A stretch of DNA of 32,000 bases, from positions 57,104 through 89,103 of IMG/VR virus record IMGVR_UViG_3300028666_000023; one strand, 5' to 3'. How positions within the stretch are numbered: position 1 is the first letter of the stretch; every line of letters begins with the position of its first letter. Positions 1 through 8,271 of this stretch are shown here, piece after piece. The translations under genes and the position numbers were made by a program. The notes below the pieces were generated by a model. That model saw nothing but the letters and a program-made list of their open reading frames with translations, did not search any database and had not been told where the DNA came from. Origin of the DNA: a virus.

Positions 1-1175
1 GCGTTGGCTGCGATGGTCGAGAAGCGCGAGGCGCTCTCCAAGTTCTGATCGACCGTCTGCAGGAAGATGTAGCCCGCTGCTTGCGTGCTCTTCCAGATGA
101 CCATCTCGCGGACGAACTCGATGGGGATGGCGGTGGAGCTCGTGATGGTCGCCCCAGAGATGGCGCCGGTAATCGTGTCCGTCGAACCGCTGGTCCAACC
201 ACGAATGCCGGTGCCCGTTCCGTTCAGGCGCGGCGCGATGACGAGGAACCCGGTTGAGGTGCCTGTGTCCACCATCACTCCGAGCAGCGTTCCTGTTGCG
301 CCACTCGTCGTCGCAGTGACCTTCTCGCCCTTGATGAAGGTACCAGTCGGCGTGTTTGCGCCAATTGGGATCTTCATCATCGAAGGACCCTGGAGATTGA
401 TCCACGCGCCTTGGCCCGTCGCGCCTTGCAACGACACGGGATACGTGTGCGCGAGTGGTGACGACTCCACCCAAATGATGGAACCGTTGCTCGCATCGGT
501 GGTGGCGCTCGCGTTGTCGATCTCCACCGAGGTCGCGCTGATGTAACGGACGATGCGGAACGTGCCGTTGTTCGCTCCTGTCGTTGCGCCGATGATGGTG
601 AGGTGATCGCCGACACTGCCGCGCGTCTCGTTCGAAGGCCAGGTGGTCTTGTTGACCATTCCCGTGAGACCGGACACGATCGCGCGACCTGGCGTGGCGC
701 CACCCGTTCCGGACGCGGTGACGGAGGCCGCCGCACCGCCTTGCATCTCGGTCCACGTGATGTTGGTGCCCGACTCCGCAACCGCGCCCGGATTGAAGAC
801 CGTGACCGTTGTGCCGGTCTGCGACGTGATGCGGAACACGCCGTTGTTGTTGACGTTGACCGCGCCGGCGATGCGGAGAAATCTACCGACGGAGTTGGCG
901 ACGAAGCCGCTGACGCTCGAGACGGTGGAAGAACCGCTCGAGGCTGCACCGATGCTCGGGTTGGTGCCGGTCTGGGCGCCGACCTGCACCATGTTGATGC
1001 CGCCGCCGACAGCCCAGCGATCGAGCTGAGGACCCGTCGTGTCCTTGGTCAGCGCATCGCCCGACGCCTTGTACCTCCACCCAGCGGCGAGCAACGTCCG
1101 AGTGAGCTTCCAGACGGACTGGAAGAACTCTTGGTTGTTCAGAGACTGGTAGTTCGTGGTGATCGCGTGGGCCAT
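1..1175 (-). CDS. Fibre-like / baseplate-distal virion protein, N-terminal 391 codons (C-terminus lies beyond the window edge)
   Basis: Absent from the supplied ORF track because it runs off the window. Hand translation of the minus strand from ATG 1175-1173 (same frame as, and 3 nt after, the TGA of 1179..2321) stays open to nt 1: MAHAITTNYQSLNNQEFFQSVWKLTRTLLAAGWRYKASGDALTKDTTGPQLDRWAVGGG... It is G/T/S/N/A-rich with an internal duplication, NNGVFRITSQTGTTVTVFNPGA / NNGTFRIVRYISATSVEIDNASA. Function is inferred from position after the baseplate genes only. Confidence 0.6.
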   Translation of the reverse strand, partial: MAHAITTNYQSLNNQEFFQSVWKLTRTLLAAGWRYKASGDALTKDTTGPQLDRWAVGGGINMVQVGAQTGTNPSIGAASSGSSTVSSVSGFVANSVGRFLRIAGAVNVNNNGVFRITSQTGTTVTVFNPGAVAESGTNITWTEMQGGAAASVTASGTGGATPGRAIVSGLTGMVNKTTWPSNETRGSVGDHLTIIGATTGANNGTFRIVRYISATSVEIDNASATTDASNGSIIWVESSPLAHTYPVSLQGATGQGAWINLQGPSMMKIPIGANTPTGTFIKGEKVTATTSGATGTLLGVMVDTGTSTGFLVIAPRLNGTGTGIRGWTSGSTDTITGAISGATITSSTAIPIEFVREMVIWKSTQAAGYIFLQTVDQNLESASRFSTIAAN

Positions 1176-1178
1176 GGG

Positions 1179-2321
1179 TCACGAGTAGGAAAGGACGAGT
1201 CGAGCACTGGTACAAGTCGCGCGGTCGAGCGAAGAACCTCCAGAAAGAGAAAGCTGTACTTCGTAGAGCTTGCCGGTCTTCAGATTGCCGGCGCTGCTGC
1301 CGATGGTGAGCGAGAGGGACACCTGCGTGCTGGAGGTGCTCGATGTCGTCTGCGCCGTGCCTGTCGTCTCGTTGTCCGTCACGTTCTGAAGTTGGACGGT
1401 GGCGGTCCCGGCGGTCGTCTCGAAGGAGAAGACGATCGCTGCATGCAGCGTACGTCCATCGGCGAGTGTCGAAGGGAACGCGGTCAGGTCGATGATGCGA
1501 CTGCCGACGCGCGTCGGGGTTGTATTCGGAGTGTCCGCCACGCGCGCGACGAACATGAGCTCCACGGGCAGGGGGAGTCCTGTCTCGAGGACGACGTTGT
1601 TTCCGGAATCGAGGCCGACGAGACCCGAGGGGCCGATGCTGTTGCCGGTGATCTTGGCGACGCGCTGCGCGGTGGATGAACCCGTGAGGTCCTGCCCCGC
1701 GGTGAAGCCGGAGATGAGCGTGTACGTGAGCTTCGTCCCATCCCAGGCGAGCACCTGGTTCACGATGGTCGGCGTCGAGCTCAGGTTGATCGGAACGCCA
1801 TTCAGCTTGACGACGGTGGTCGCGCTCGCGAGACCGGTGACGTCGCCAGCGAGCGTAGGGTTGAAGCTCGCGATGACCGTCAGGAGGTCCGCGAGGATGA
1901 ACTCCCACGGCTCGTCCCACCCGCGCAGGTTGCTGTTGTAGTTGGCCTCCGGCGGAAGCTCGCCGAACGCGGGTAACGCCCAGCCACGATTCGTAAGCGC
2001 ACCGCTCGTATCGTAACGAACGCGCGCGACGAGGATCTGGATGTTGCCCGTGCCGCCGCCGTTCGTGACGAGCTGGATGCGGTACGTGCCTGGGACATCG
2101 GGGGTGAAAGAACACGTCACCTGGTCGGCGTTCGTCAGCGTGACGGTGGACGTCGGCGGGATGTCGAGGAGCGTCCACTCTTGCGAGAGGTTGCCGGACT
2201 GGGAAGAGCGCGGACGGATCGTCCTGCTCAACCAGAGGTCGTTGCGCGCGACGCCGGGCGTGCCGAACGACGTAGAGCCGCCCGGCCTGTCCTGATCGAT
2301 CGCGATGATGGCGCCCGGCAT
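1179..2321 (-). CDS. Fibre-like / baseplate-associated virion protein (380 aa), function unknown
   Basis: Complete ORF with natural, T/S/G/N-rich beta-type composition (..TYRIQLVTNGGGTGNIQILVARVRYDTSG..) and G/C-rich third positions. It lies directly downstream of the J-like baseplate gene. The overlapping ORFs 883..2178(-) and 1399..1941(+) are Arg/Pro-rich shadows. Confidence 0.75.
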   Translation of the reverse strand: MPGAIIAIDQDRPGGSTSFGTPGVARNDLWLSRTIRPRSSQSGNLSQEWTLLDIPPTSTVTLTNADQVTCSFTPDVPGTYRIQLVTNGGGTGNIQILVARVRYDTSGALTNRGWALPAFGELPPEANYNSNLRGWDEPWEFILADLLTVIASFNPTLAGDVTGLASATTVVKLNGVPINLSSTPTIVNQVLAWDGTKLTYTLISGFTAGQDLTGSSTAQRVAKITGNSIGPSGLVGLDSGNNVVLETGLPLPVELMFVARVADTPNTTPTRVGSRIIDLTAFPSTLADGRTLHAAIVFSFETTAGTATVQLQNVTDNETTGTAQTTSSTSSTQVSLSLTIGSSAGNLKTGKLYEVQLSLSGGSSLDRATCTSARLVLSYS

Positions 2322-2634
2322 CCTTGTTCTCCTACCAGCCCTGGCCTACGCTGAGGTCGTGTCGTTCTTCAAACCGATGGACCCCGAGCTCGCGGCGAAG
2401 GCGATTGAAGGCTACGAGGACGCTCTTGCTCCCGAGAAGACCGCGCTCGATGCATTCTACAGACAGTTTCGTTGCAAGCGGTGCGGCGGCACCTGCCGGA
2501 AAGAAACGGTGAGGGGCCACGTCTTCGCGGAGGGAACGGGTACGTTGAACCCGCGCGCCGCGCTTCGCTGCCTCACCTGCTCTTGCCTCTTCGATCCGCA
2601 CTCTGGACTCCTTATCGAAACGGGAAAGCCCTAG
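2305..2634 (+). CDS. Small Cys4 (zinc-ribbon-like) protein; the only convincing plus-strand gene
   Basis: 109-aa ORF. The internal ATG at 2377 (MDPELAAKAIEGYEDAL...) would avoid the 17-nt overlap with the start of 1179..2321. Two CxxC pairs (CKRCGGTC ... CLTCSC), normal composition and coding-like codon usage. It fills the otherwise empty ~310-nt gap between two minus-strand genes and overlaps the stop of 2631..6668 by 4 nt (convergent). Confidence 0.6.
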   Translation: MMAPGILVLLPALAYAEVVSFFKPMDPELAAKAIEGYEDALAPEKTALDAFYRQFRCKRCGGTCRKETVRGHVFAEGTGTLNPRAALRCLTCSCLFDPHSGLLIETGKP

Positions 2635-5600
2635 CTGATCTGCCGCGCGATGAGCAGCAGGTCGGGAATGAAGGCGGCGAGCCGACCTGTGTTCAACTTG
2701 TTCTGGCTCCTCTCAACCGTGATGGAGCGGTCGAAGTTGTGAATGACCGCGATGAGGTCGATGGGATTCGTGATGAGCGTCGCGCCGCGGTTGTTCACGA
2801 TCTTCTCGAGGTCGCTGACGTCCAGCGAGTCCTGCGGGAAGAGCGCGCTGATGTACGTCTGCACGTCGGGGATGACGACGTTCTCCGCTGACCCACCGAA
2901 GTAGTTCAGCGCGAAGCGCACGAAGTACGGGATGAGGTGGCGGCCGAGAGGGCTCGAGTTGATGACGCGCTCGGTCTCGCTAGTCGCGAAGTTGTTCACG
3001 TCGTTCACGAGGGCGCTGCGCTCGTAGTTGATCTGGATATTCTGCCCGGCGAGCTGCGTCGCGTTGTTCGGGTCGTCGCTCACCCCCACCTCGAGGATGG
3101 AGCGAGAGAGGTGCAGCTTCGGCTTCTCGATCGACGAGAACGTCAGGTTCGGGTCGTCGGTCGTGAGGAAGTAGCCGTCGGAGCGGTAGCCCGTGACGGT
3201 CATCTGCAGGTTGGCGTCGATGTTGTACTGGTCGCCCGTGCCCTCGGAGACGAGCTGCACGTCGAAGAAGTACAAGTTCGCGGTGCCGATGTTCTTCGAC
3301 ATGTCCGTCGAGACGATCCGCTGCAGACCTGCGCGATAGACCTTGAACTGCTGGTTGAGCGTGCTCGTACCGCCCGTCGGGAACGGGACGGAGGCGTCGA
3401 CCACGAGCTCGTTGACGTTGCCGCCCGGGCCAACCGTCGTGATGACATACGTGCCCTTGTCGGGGGAGTTGTTGTTCTGGTCGGCGACGGTCGAGAACCC
3501 AAGGAGCGTGTTCGCGGTCCCGGTCTGGCGGATGATGACCGACGCGTCCGGGTTGAACTGCAGGTGGTTCGTGCCATCCAGCGCGCAGATGACTTGTCCG
3601 ACGATTTGGTTGATCTGGGTGACCACGCCCGCGCGCGTCACGTCGGTCGACGGAATCGTATTGCTGTCGTGGATGAAGATGATGGTCTTGTCCGGACCAC
3701 CGTTGATGCTGAGGATGAGCGTCGTTGCGTTGAGCGTCGTGACCGGATCGGCGAGCGCTACGGTCCCCGTCAGCGGGATGTAGTCGATGGCGAGGAGGTC
3801 GCCTGCCTGGATGCCGTTCGCCACGAAGTCTGTCGAGACCGACGCGAACGTGAGCGACGGAAGAACACCGCCGGTCTGCCCATCGAGGGGCTTGGTGCCC
3901 GACGGCAGCGAGGGGATGCGCTGGTAGTTGTTCGTTGGATCGGGGAAGAAGTTGAGTTCCGAGCCGTCGTCGTTCGTGAGCGTGAAGACCGAGTTCGGAT
4001 CGACCTCGAAGCTCGTGGGGTCGAGGAAGTAGACGCGCGCGGTGCCGAGCGAGCGGCCGCCCACCTGCAGATGCGTGCGCACCTGGGGGTTGAAGTCGTG
4101 CGTCGTCCGAAGCGGGTCGTAGACCGTGTTGCTGAAGGGCGAGTTGAGGATGGGCGGGTCGGCGAGGTGGAAGAAGCCGATCTGGAGCCCGTCGATGAGC
4201 TGTGCGACGTCGAAGTTCGAATCGAGCGCTGGCCGGAGTGATGCCCACCCGCCCGTGGAGTCAGCGCTCGCCGACGTGATGTCCCGCGAGGTGAGACCGT
4301 CCGGGAACGTCAGCGAGGTGCCGAAGAGCTGCGCGAGGGCCGTGCCTGCGGTGATCTGCGTATTCGCGACCACGGGCAGGATGCCGATGCGGCGGTTGCT
4401 GTCGAGCAACACCGCAAGACGCGAGACGAGCGTCCCGGTCGCGAGGGAGCAGGCTGTGTTGATCTGCGAGACGAGCGACGACAACGCGATGGGGTTGCCG
4501 CCCGTGAAGGTCACGGTGAAGGTGATCGGCGAGCCGTTGAAGTCCGGGAAGTGGAACGTCACCGTGAGGCCGCTGACGTTCGCCCCGCCGGTGAGGTCTC
4601 GCGTCACGATGCCGAGGAGTGCATCGTCCACGTCGATCTTCACACCGCGCGCGACGTTGGCGAAGCTGTTGCTCTGCACGTCGATGGGATTCGCGTACGG
4701 GATGGTGGCGCCTACAGGCTGGTTCGACGTGTCGAGGAGATCGATCGTGTCGACGCGCACGAACGGCAGCGTGATGCCGCCCTCGGGGTTCGGGCGGAAC
4801 ACCGAGTACTGTGCGCCGTTGACCGATGCCGGGAGGTTCTTGTCGACCTGGAGCTGGTTGAAGAGCGGCGAGAGGACCTGCAGAACGGTGTAGTCCCCGA
4901 CGATGAGCCCGCCCGTCGTGACGCGCAGAATGTCGTTCGGGGCGACGCCGAAGTCGGCGAAGTCGGTCCCGCTGATTGTGGTGACGACCGCCGAGCCCTG
5001 CACCGTCTGAAGGTCGCTGCCCGCGATGCGCGTCTCCTTCGGTTCAACGAGGTCGATGAAGATCTCCCGGCTGATGCGCCACCGGAAGTTGCCCCCGACG
5101 ACGTTGGGCACGGCCGGGGTGATTGTGAGGATGGGAGCAGAACCCGGCGACTGAATCACCTCGGTGATGCGATACGAGCCCGCGTTGGGCGGGTCCAAGA
5201 TCTCGATGGAGAGGTTCTCCGTCGCCGCAGCCGCGAGCGCGTTGTACGTGTCGTCGCCGACCGAGTAGTTCACCGCGAGATCGAAGTCGCTGAGCTCGAG
5301 GGTGGTCGCTCCAATGACGTTGAGCTCAGTGCCCTGAAGCAGCGGCTCGTCATCCACGATGGACTCGATGATGAGCGTGTCGGAGTCGAAGTCCTGGCCG
5401 CGGATGTAGATGTCGGTCGCGCCGCCGATGTGGACCTCGTCTGAGGGCATCGAGATGGTGCCATCGGGTTGGTTGGGGAAGAGAATGCCGCCAGGAATGC
5501 CGGAGAGCGACAGCGATTCCTGCCGCAGCACCCACGGGATGCTCACTGCGGTGTAGTCCAGGACCTGGTCGACGAGATCTAGCGTCGTTGCGTCCACCAC

Positions 5601-6668
5601 GCGCAGGACGTCGAGGTCCCGGACCTTGGGCAGCGACGCCGTCGGGAAGGCGCCATGGAGCGTGAGCTTGAAGCCCTGCACCGGGATGCCGGTTGGGCCG
5701 ATGAGGGCGGTGAAGTCGACCGATTCCGCCGTCGAGATGCGGCGGGTGGTGACGGCGTTCTCGCCGTCGGCTTCGGAGAACATCGCGAAGCCGGAGGCGA
5801 GGATGGGACCGAGCCCGCCACCGGTAATGATGTCGCGGTTCATCTCGGGGTCGTTGAAGCCGACCGAGTTGATCCGCGTGACATCGGCGAAGGCGCCGGT
5901 GACCTGCGCGACGATGCCGCGCGAGGTGACCATGGAGCGCTCGGTGAGCTCGGTCGCGATGTTGCCGATGAAGGTGGCCGCGTCCTCATCCGGCGTGCCG
6001 CTGCGCGCGCGCGACTTGTTGGTCACGCGGACGGCGCTGGCGACGTTTGCAATCGTAACGATGCTATTCGGCGCGATGTTGTACGCATCGCCGGCCGCCT
6101 GCGCAGATGCAGCGACGTCGAAGTAGTACAAGCTCGACTCGGTGTTGAGGAGCATCTCCTCCACGCGAATGGACTGCACCTCGGTGGGAAAGAAGATCAG
6201 TCCCGAGCTCGAGGTGAAGAAGTTCGCAGGGCTGATGGAGATGTTCTGCGGCTGGGAGAAGTAGACGCGCACCGTGACGCGCGCGAAGTCGCCGACGGTA
6301 CGGACCGCGAAGAGGTTTGCGCCGAGCGCGTCGGCCTCGTCGGTCGTGAGCGTCGTCGGGTCGGCGAACGACTGCACCTGTTTGACGCGGGTGATCTCCC
6401 GAACGATGGGGTTCCACAACAGAACGGACGCCTTGATGAGAAGGTCGGTGATGGCATCGCCCTCCTTCGTCGGCATGTCCGGAAACTGCTGGTTGAGCAG
6501 CGTCTGGATGAAGAGACCGATGTCGACGGTGAAGGGGTCCGTCCCGAGGCGGCTCAAGATCGGCTGGACGACCTGCACGTCCATCGGCGAGCCGGGCGTC
6601 AGATCGAGCGTCGGGTCGAACGAAGCGAGGCGTTGCTGAATGAAGGCTTGGAGGTCGGCCAGGGCCAT
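2631..6668 (-). CDS. Very large baseplate protein (1345 aa) with N-terminal Baseplate-J-like region (T4 gp6 / P2 gpJ / Mu gp47 type)
   Basis: Track ORF 2631..6839 trimmed to ATG 6668 (MALADLQAFIQQRLASFDPTLDL...), 11 nt after the stop of the upstream gene. The 57 upstream codons are Arg/Pro/Ser-rich and overlap 6679..7335. J-family-like strings seen by eye: ..TTDEADALGANLFAVRTVGDFARVTVRVYFSQ.. and ..AAGDAYNIAPNSIVTI.. It follows a gp25/W-like gene, as in contractile-tail baseplates. No alignment was run. Confidence 0.6.
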   Translation of the reverse strand: MALADLQAFIQQRLASFDPTLDLTPGSPMDVQVVQPILSRLGTDPFTVDIGLFIQTLLNQQFPDMPTKEGDAITDLLIKASVLLWNPIVREITRVKQVQSFADPTTLTTDEADALGANLFAVRTVGDFARVTVRVYFSQPQNISISPANFFTSSSGLIFFPTEVQSIRVEEMLLNTESSLYYFDVAASAQAAGDAYNIAPNSIVTIANVASAVRVTNKSRARSGTPDEDAATFIGNIATELTERSMVTSRGIVAQVTGAFADVTRINSVGFNDPEMNRDIITGGGLGPILASGFAMFSEADGENAVTTRRISTAESVDFTALIGPTGIPVQGFKLTLHGAFPTASLPKVRDLDVLRVVDATTLDLVDQVLDYTAVSIPWVLRQESLSLSGIPGGILFPNQPDGTISMPSDEVHIGGATDIYIRGQDFDSDTLIIESIVDDEPLLQGTELNVIGATTLELSDFDLAVNYSVGDDTYNALAAAATENLSIEILDPPNAGSYRITEVIQSPGSAPILTITPAVPNVVGGNFRWRISREIFIDLVEPKETRIAGSDLQTVQGSAVVTTISGTDFADFGVAPNDILRVTTGGLIVGDYTVLQVLSPLFNQLQVDKNLPASVNGAQYSVFRPNPEGGITLPFVRVDTIDLLDTSNQPVGATIPYANPIDVQSNSFANVARGVKIDVDDALLGIVTRDLTGGANVSGLTVTFHFPDFNGSPITFTVTFTGGNPIALSSLVSQINTACSLATGTLVSRLAVLLDSNRRIGILPVVANTQITAGTALAQLFGTSLTFPDGLTSRDITSASADSTGGWASLRPALDSNFDVAQLIDGLQIGFFHLADPPILNSPFSNTVYDPLRTTHDFNPQVRTHLQVGGRSLGTARVYFLDPTSFEVDPNSVFTLTNDDGSELNFFPDPTNNYQRIPSLPSGTKPLDGQTGGVLPSLTFASVSTDFVANGIQAGDLLAIDYIPLTGTVALADPVTTLNATTLILSINGGPDKTIIFIHDSNTIPSTDVTRAGVVTQINQIVGQVICALDGTNHLQFNPDASVIIRQTGTANTLLGFSTVADQNNNSPDKGTYVITTVGPGGNVNELVVDASVPFPTGGTSTLNQQFKVYRAGLQRIVSTDMSKNIGTANLYFFDVQLVSEGTGDQYNIDANLQMTVTGYRSDGYFLTTDDPNLTFSSIEKPKLHLSRSILEVGVSDDPNNATQLAGQNIQINYERSALVNDVNNFATSETERVINSSPLGRHLIPYFVRFALNYFGGSAENVVIPDVQTYISALFPQDSLDVSDLEKIVNNRGATLITNPIDLIAVIHNFDRSITVERSQNKLNTGRLAAFIPDLLLIARQIS

Positions 6669-6678
6669 GGAACGTCCT

Positions 6679-7335
6679 TCACAGCGCCAGCGAGGCAGTA
6701 ATTGCTCGCCCAGCTTGGGAGGTGATTTCGATCGACGCGATGAGAGCGAGCTCGGTCTTGTTGAACCCGGCCGAGGTGACCCTTGCGGCGAGCAGGCGTT
6801 CCTCCCGCGGAATGCTCGGGTCTCGGGATTGGATAGCAAGAATCTGGCGCTGTGTCGTGTTCACCGAGATGATGAGGTCGGACGTGATGCCGCCGCCCTC
6901 GTCTTTGCCGAAGGTCGCGCCGACGTTGCGCAGGCCCGCGCCGCCGATGCGCGGGGCGAAGATGTCCTTGCCCGGCGTGGTGAACAAGATCTTCAGGAAG
7001 ATCTGAACGAGCCGCATGATGCCCGACACCTTCCCGGCCGTGGGGAGAAGTCGGAACTGGATCAAGCTCTTCGGAGTGATGAAGAGTCGGTTGGCCGTCA
7101 CGGTCACCGACGTCAACGTCGTTTGGTACAACGACGGAGGCACCTGCGCGAGCAGGCGCGTGCGACTCAGAATCACAATCTCCGGCGCGGCGATGTCGTT
7201 GATGAGGACCTGGTCGATGGTCCGGAAGTCGTCTCCGCGGATGTCGAGTGTGCGTGGTGTGAAGTTCGGAACAACCGAAATGGCGGACAGAGGGATGACC
7301 TCTTGCGGCACCACCACCTGCAGGTCAGTTGACAC
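6679..7335 (-). CDS. Baseplate wedge protein, gp25/GPW-like C-terminal half fused to an N-terminal IPT/TIG-like beta domain
   Basis: 218-aa ORF with a GTG start at 7335 preceded by GGAG. The C-terminal half matches the remembered T4 gp25 pattern: GIMRLVQIFLKILFTTPGKDIFAPRIGGAGL (cf. SIKNSLLGIITTRKGSRPFDPEFGCDL) and ..RQILAIQSRDPSIPREERLLAARV..LIASIEITS. The N-terminal ~95 aa (VVPNFTPRTLDIRGDDFRTIDQVLINDIAAPEIVILS..) looks IPT/TIG-like. Confidence 0.6.
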   Translation of the reverse strand: MSTDLQVVVPQEVIPLSAISVVPNFTPRTLDIRGDDFRTIDQVLINDIAAPEIVILSRTRLLAQVPPSLYQTTLTSVTVTANRLFITPKSLIQFRLLPTAGKVSGIMRLVQIFLKILFTTPGKDIFAPRIGGAGLRNVGATFGKDEGGGITSDLIISVNTTQRQILAIQSRDPSIPREERLLAARVTSAGFNKTELALIASIEITSQAGRAITASLAL

Positions 7336-7371
7336 CTGGACGCTCCACGCCCCGAGTCTACCTCAGGAGCT

Positions 7372-7410
7372 ATAAAAAAGAGAGGCTCACCACCTCGAGA
7401 GTGGTGAGCC
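7372..7410 (-). terminator. Rho-independent terminator ending the upstream (early/metabolic) transcription unit
   Basis: Perfect 10-bp stem GGCTCACCAC (7384-7393) / GTGGTGAGCC (7401-7410) with a 7-nt loop. On the minus strand the hairpin is followed by TCTCTTTTTTAT (plus-strand A6 at 7374-7379). It sits in the 135-nt gap between the stop at 7471 and the start at 7335. Confidence 0.85.
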
Positions 7411-7470
7411 CCGCCCCGACCAGGAGTGGCTGGAAGCCCCCCGAGTATACGCAAGCGCAGCGGGCAACGC

Positions 7471-8076
7471 CTAGCCGGCCTGCGCCACTGCATCCGGACG
7501 GAGAAGAACGGCGCGGCCGTGGTCCTCGAAATACGACACGAGGTTCACCTCTTTGCACCAGACCTCGAGGAAAGTCTGCAGGTTCTCCATCGCGGCGGAC
7601 TCGATGCTGTCCCACGCCTCCTCGTGCATCTCCTGTCGTTCGAGCTCCCGTTCGACGATGTCACTCGCGCTGAGCTCGAAGGCCTGCGGGGATGCTGCCC
7701 AGACGTACTCGGGTACCTCTACGCCGTCGTTCTCGAGATCGTCGAGAAGCGACTCGACCTCGCCGTAGAACTTGTCTCCCCAGAAGACCGGGCCGTCGTA
7801 GTCTTCGATGGTGACCTTCGTCGCCTTCTCGAACCGGATGCGTTCTTTCTCCGTCTCTTTTGCGCTTTGGCAGGAGTCGCAGAGGAGCGAGTAGTGGTAC
7901 TTCACTGGGTTGCCGCAGGCGCACATCTTCACGCAGTGCTTGGCGGCCTGCTCTTTCGATTCCGCCCCGCCTCCGTTCATCCTCGTGGTGAAGAAGACAC
8001 CGCAGGTGCCGCACGCGAAACCGACGAGTGCGCCGGTATCCTTTACAACGATTTCAACCGGGGGTTTGGCTTCCAT
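7471..8076 (-). CDS. Hypothetical Cys-rich (zinc-binding?) protein with acidic C-terminal half, 201 aa
   Basis: Track ORF 7471..8169 trimmed to ATG 8076 (MEAKPPVEIVVKDTGALVGFACGTCG...). The upstream 31 codons are Ser/Arg/Leu-rich and overlap the preceding small gene. Cys clusters CGTCG, CVKMCACG and CDSC. Confidence 0.7.
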   Translation of the reverse strand: MEAKPPVEIVVKDTGALVGFACGTCGVFFTTRMNGGGAESKEQAAKHCVKMCACGNPVKYHYSLLCDSCQSAKETEKERIRFEKATKVTIEDYDGPVFWGDKFYGEVESLLDDLENDGVEVPEYVWAASPQAFELSASDIVERELERQEMHEEAWDSIESAAMENLQTFLEVWCKEVNLVSYFEDHGRAVLLRPDAVAQAG

Positions 8077-8257
8077 GTTCTTTCTCGAGGAGCGTAGCGA
8101 CCGCCGCAAGGCGGCCGTCAACAACCTCAAAATCGGGGACATCGAGGGCGAAGGAGAAGACTTTTGCACCGGGCTTCTTCTTGTAGTTGGTGGCGTCGTG
8201 CGCGAAGCACGGACGATCCATTCCGGGTTCGAGAATCAGATAACCGTTGACGATCAT
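8054..8257 (-). CDS. Hypothetical small protein (67 aa)
   Basis: C-terminal part of the otherwise Arg-rich shadow ORF 8054..9019. ATG at 8257 is preceded by GAAAGG; MIVNGYLILEPGMDRPCFAHDATNYKKKPGAKVFSFALDVPDFEVVDGRLAAVATLLEKEHGSQTPG. It fills the gap between rnhB and 7471..8076. Confidence 0.5.
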   Translation of the reverse strand: MIVNGYLILEPGMDRPCFAHDATNYKKKPGAKVFSFALDVPDFEVVDGRLAAVATLLEKEHGSQTPG

Positions 8258-8271
8258 TTTGGGAAGCCTTT

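Noticed and set aside
2305-2376. The N-terminal MMAPGILVLLPALAYA of the plus-strand ORF considered as a signal peptide.
   Set aside because: It has no positively charged n-region, and these codons overlap the start of the minus-strand gene 1179..2321. The internal ATG at 2377 gives a compact soluble Cys4 protein, so the hydrophobic stretch may simply be untranslated.
2937-4248. Long ORFs antisense to or out of frame with the J-like gene (2937..4241 +, 2980..4248 -, 4551..5444 +, 5655..6701 +). Similar ORFs occur elsewhere (603..1679 +, 883..2178 -, 13592..14665 +, 15069..16301 +, 17637..18572 +, 27876..28808 +, 27916..28905 -).
   Set aside because: Their translations are dominated by Arg, Pro, Ala, Gly, Asp and His with runs such as RRRR/PRRP, as expected for non-coding frames of GC-rich DNA. 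Each overlaps a frame with normal protein composition and G/C-rich third positions.
6669-6839. N-terminal extensions of many track ORFs (for example 2631..6839, 21096..25700, 13664..14968, 14377..15384, 15414..16568, 11100..11993, 27945..29093).
   Set aside because: The extensions are Arg/Pro/Ser-rich and overlap the 3' end of the upstream gene. They precede an internal ATG/GTG that has a GGAG-type RBS or an ATGA/TGATG coupling to the upstream stop, so I moved the starts to those codons.
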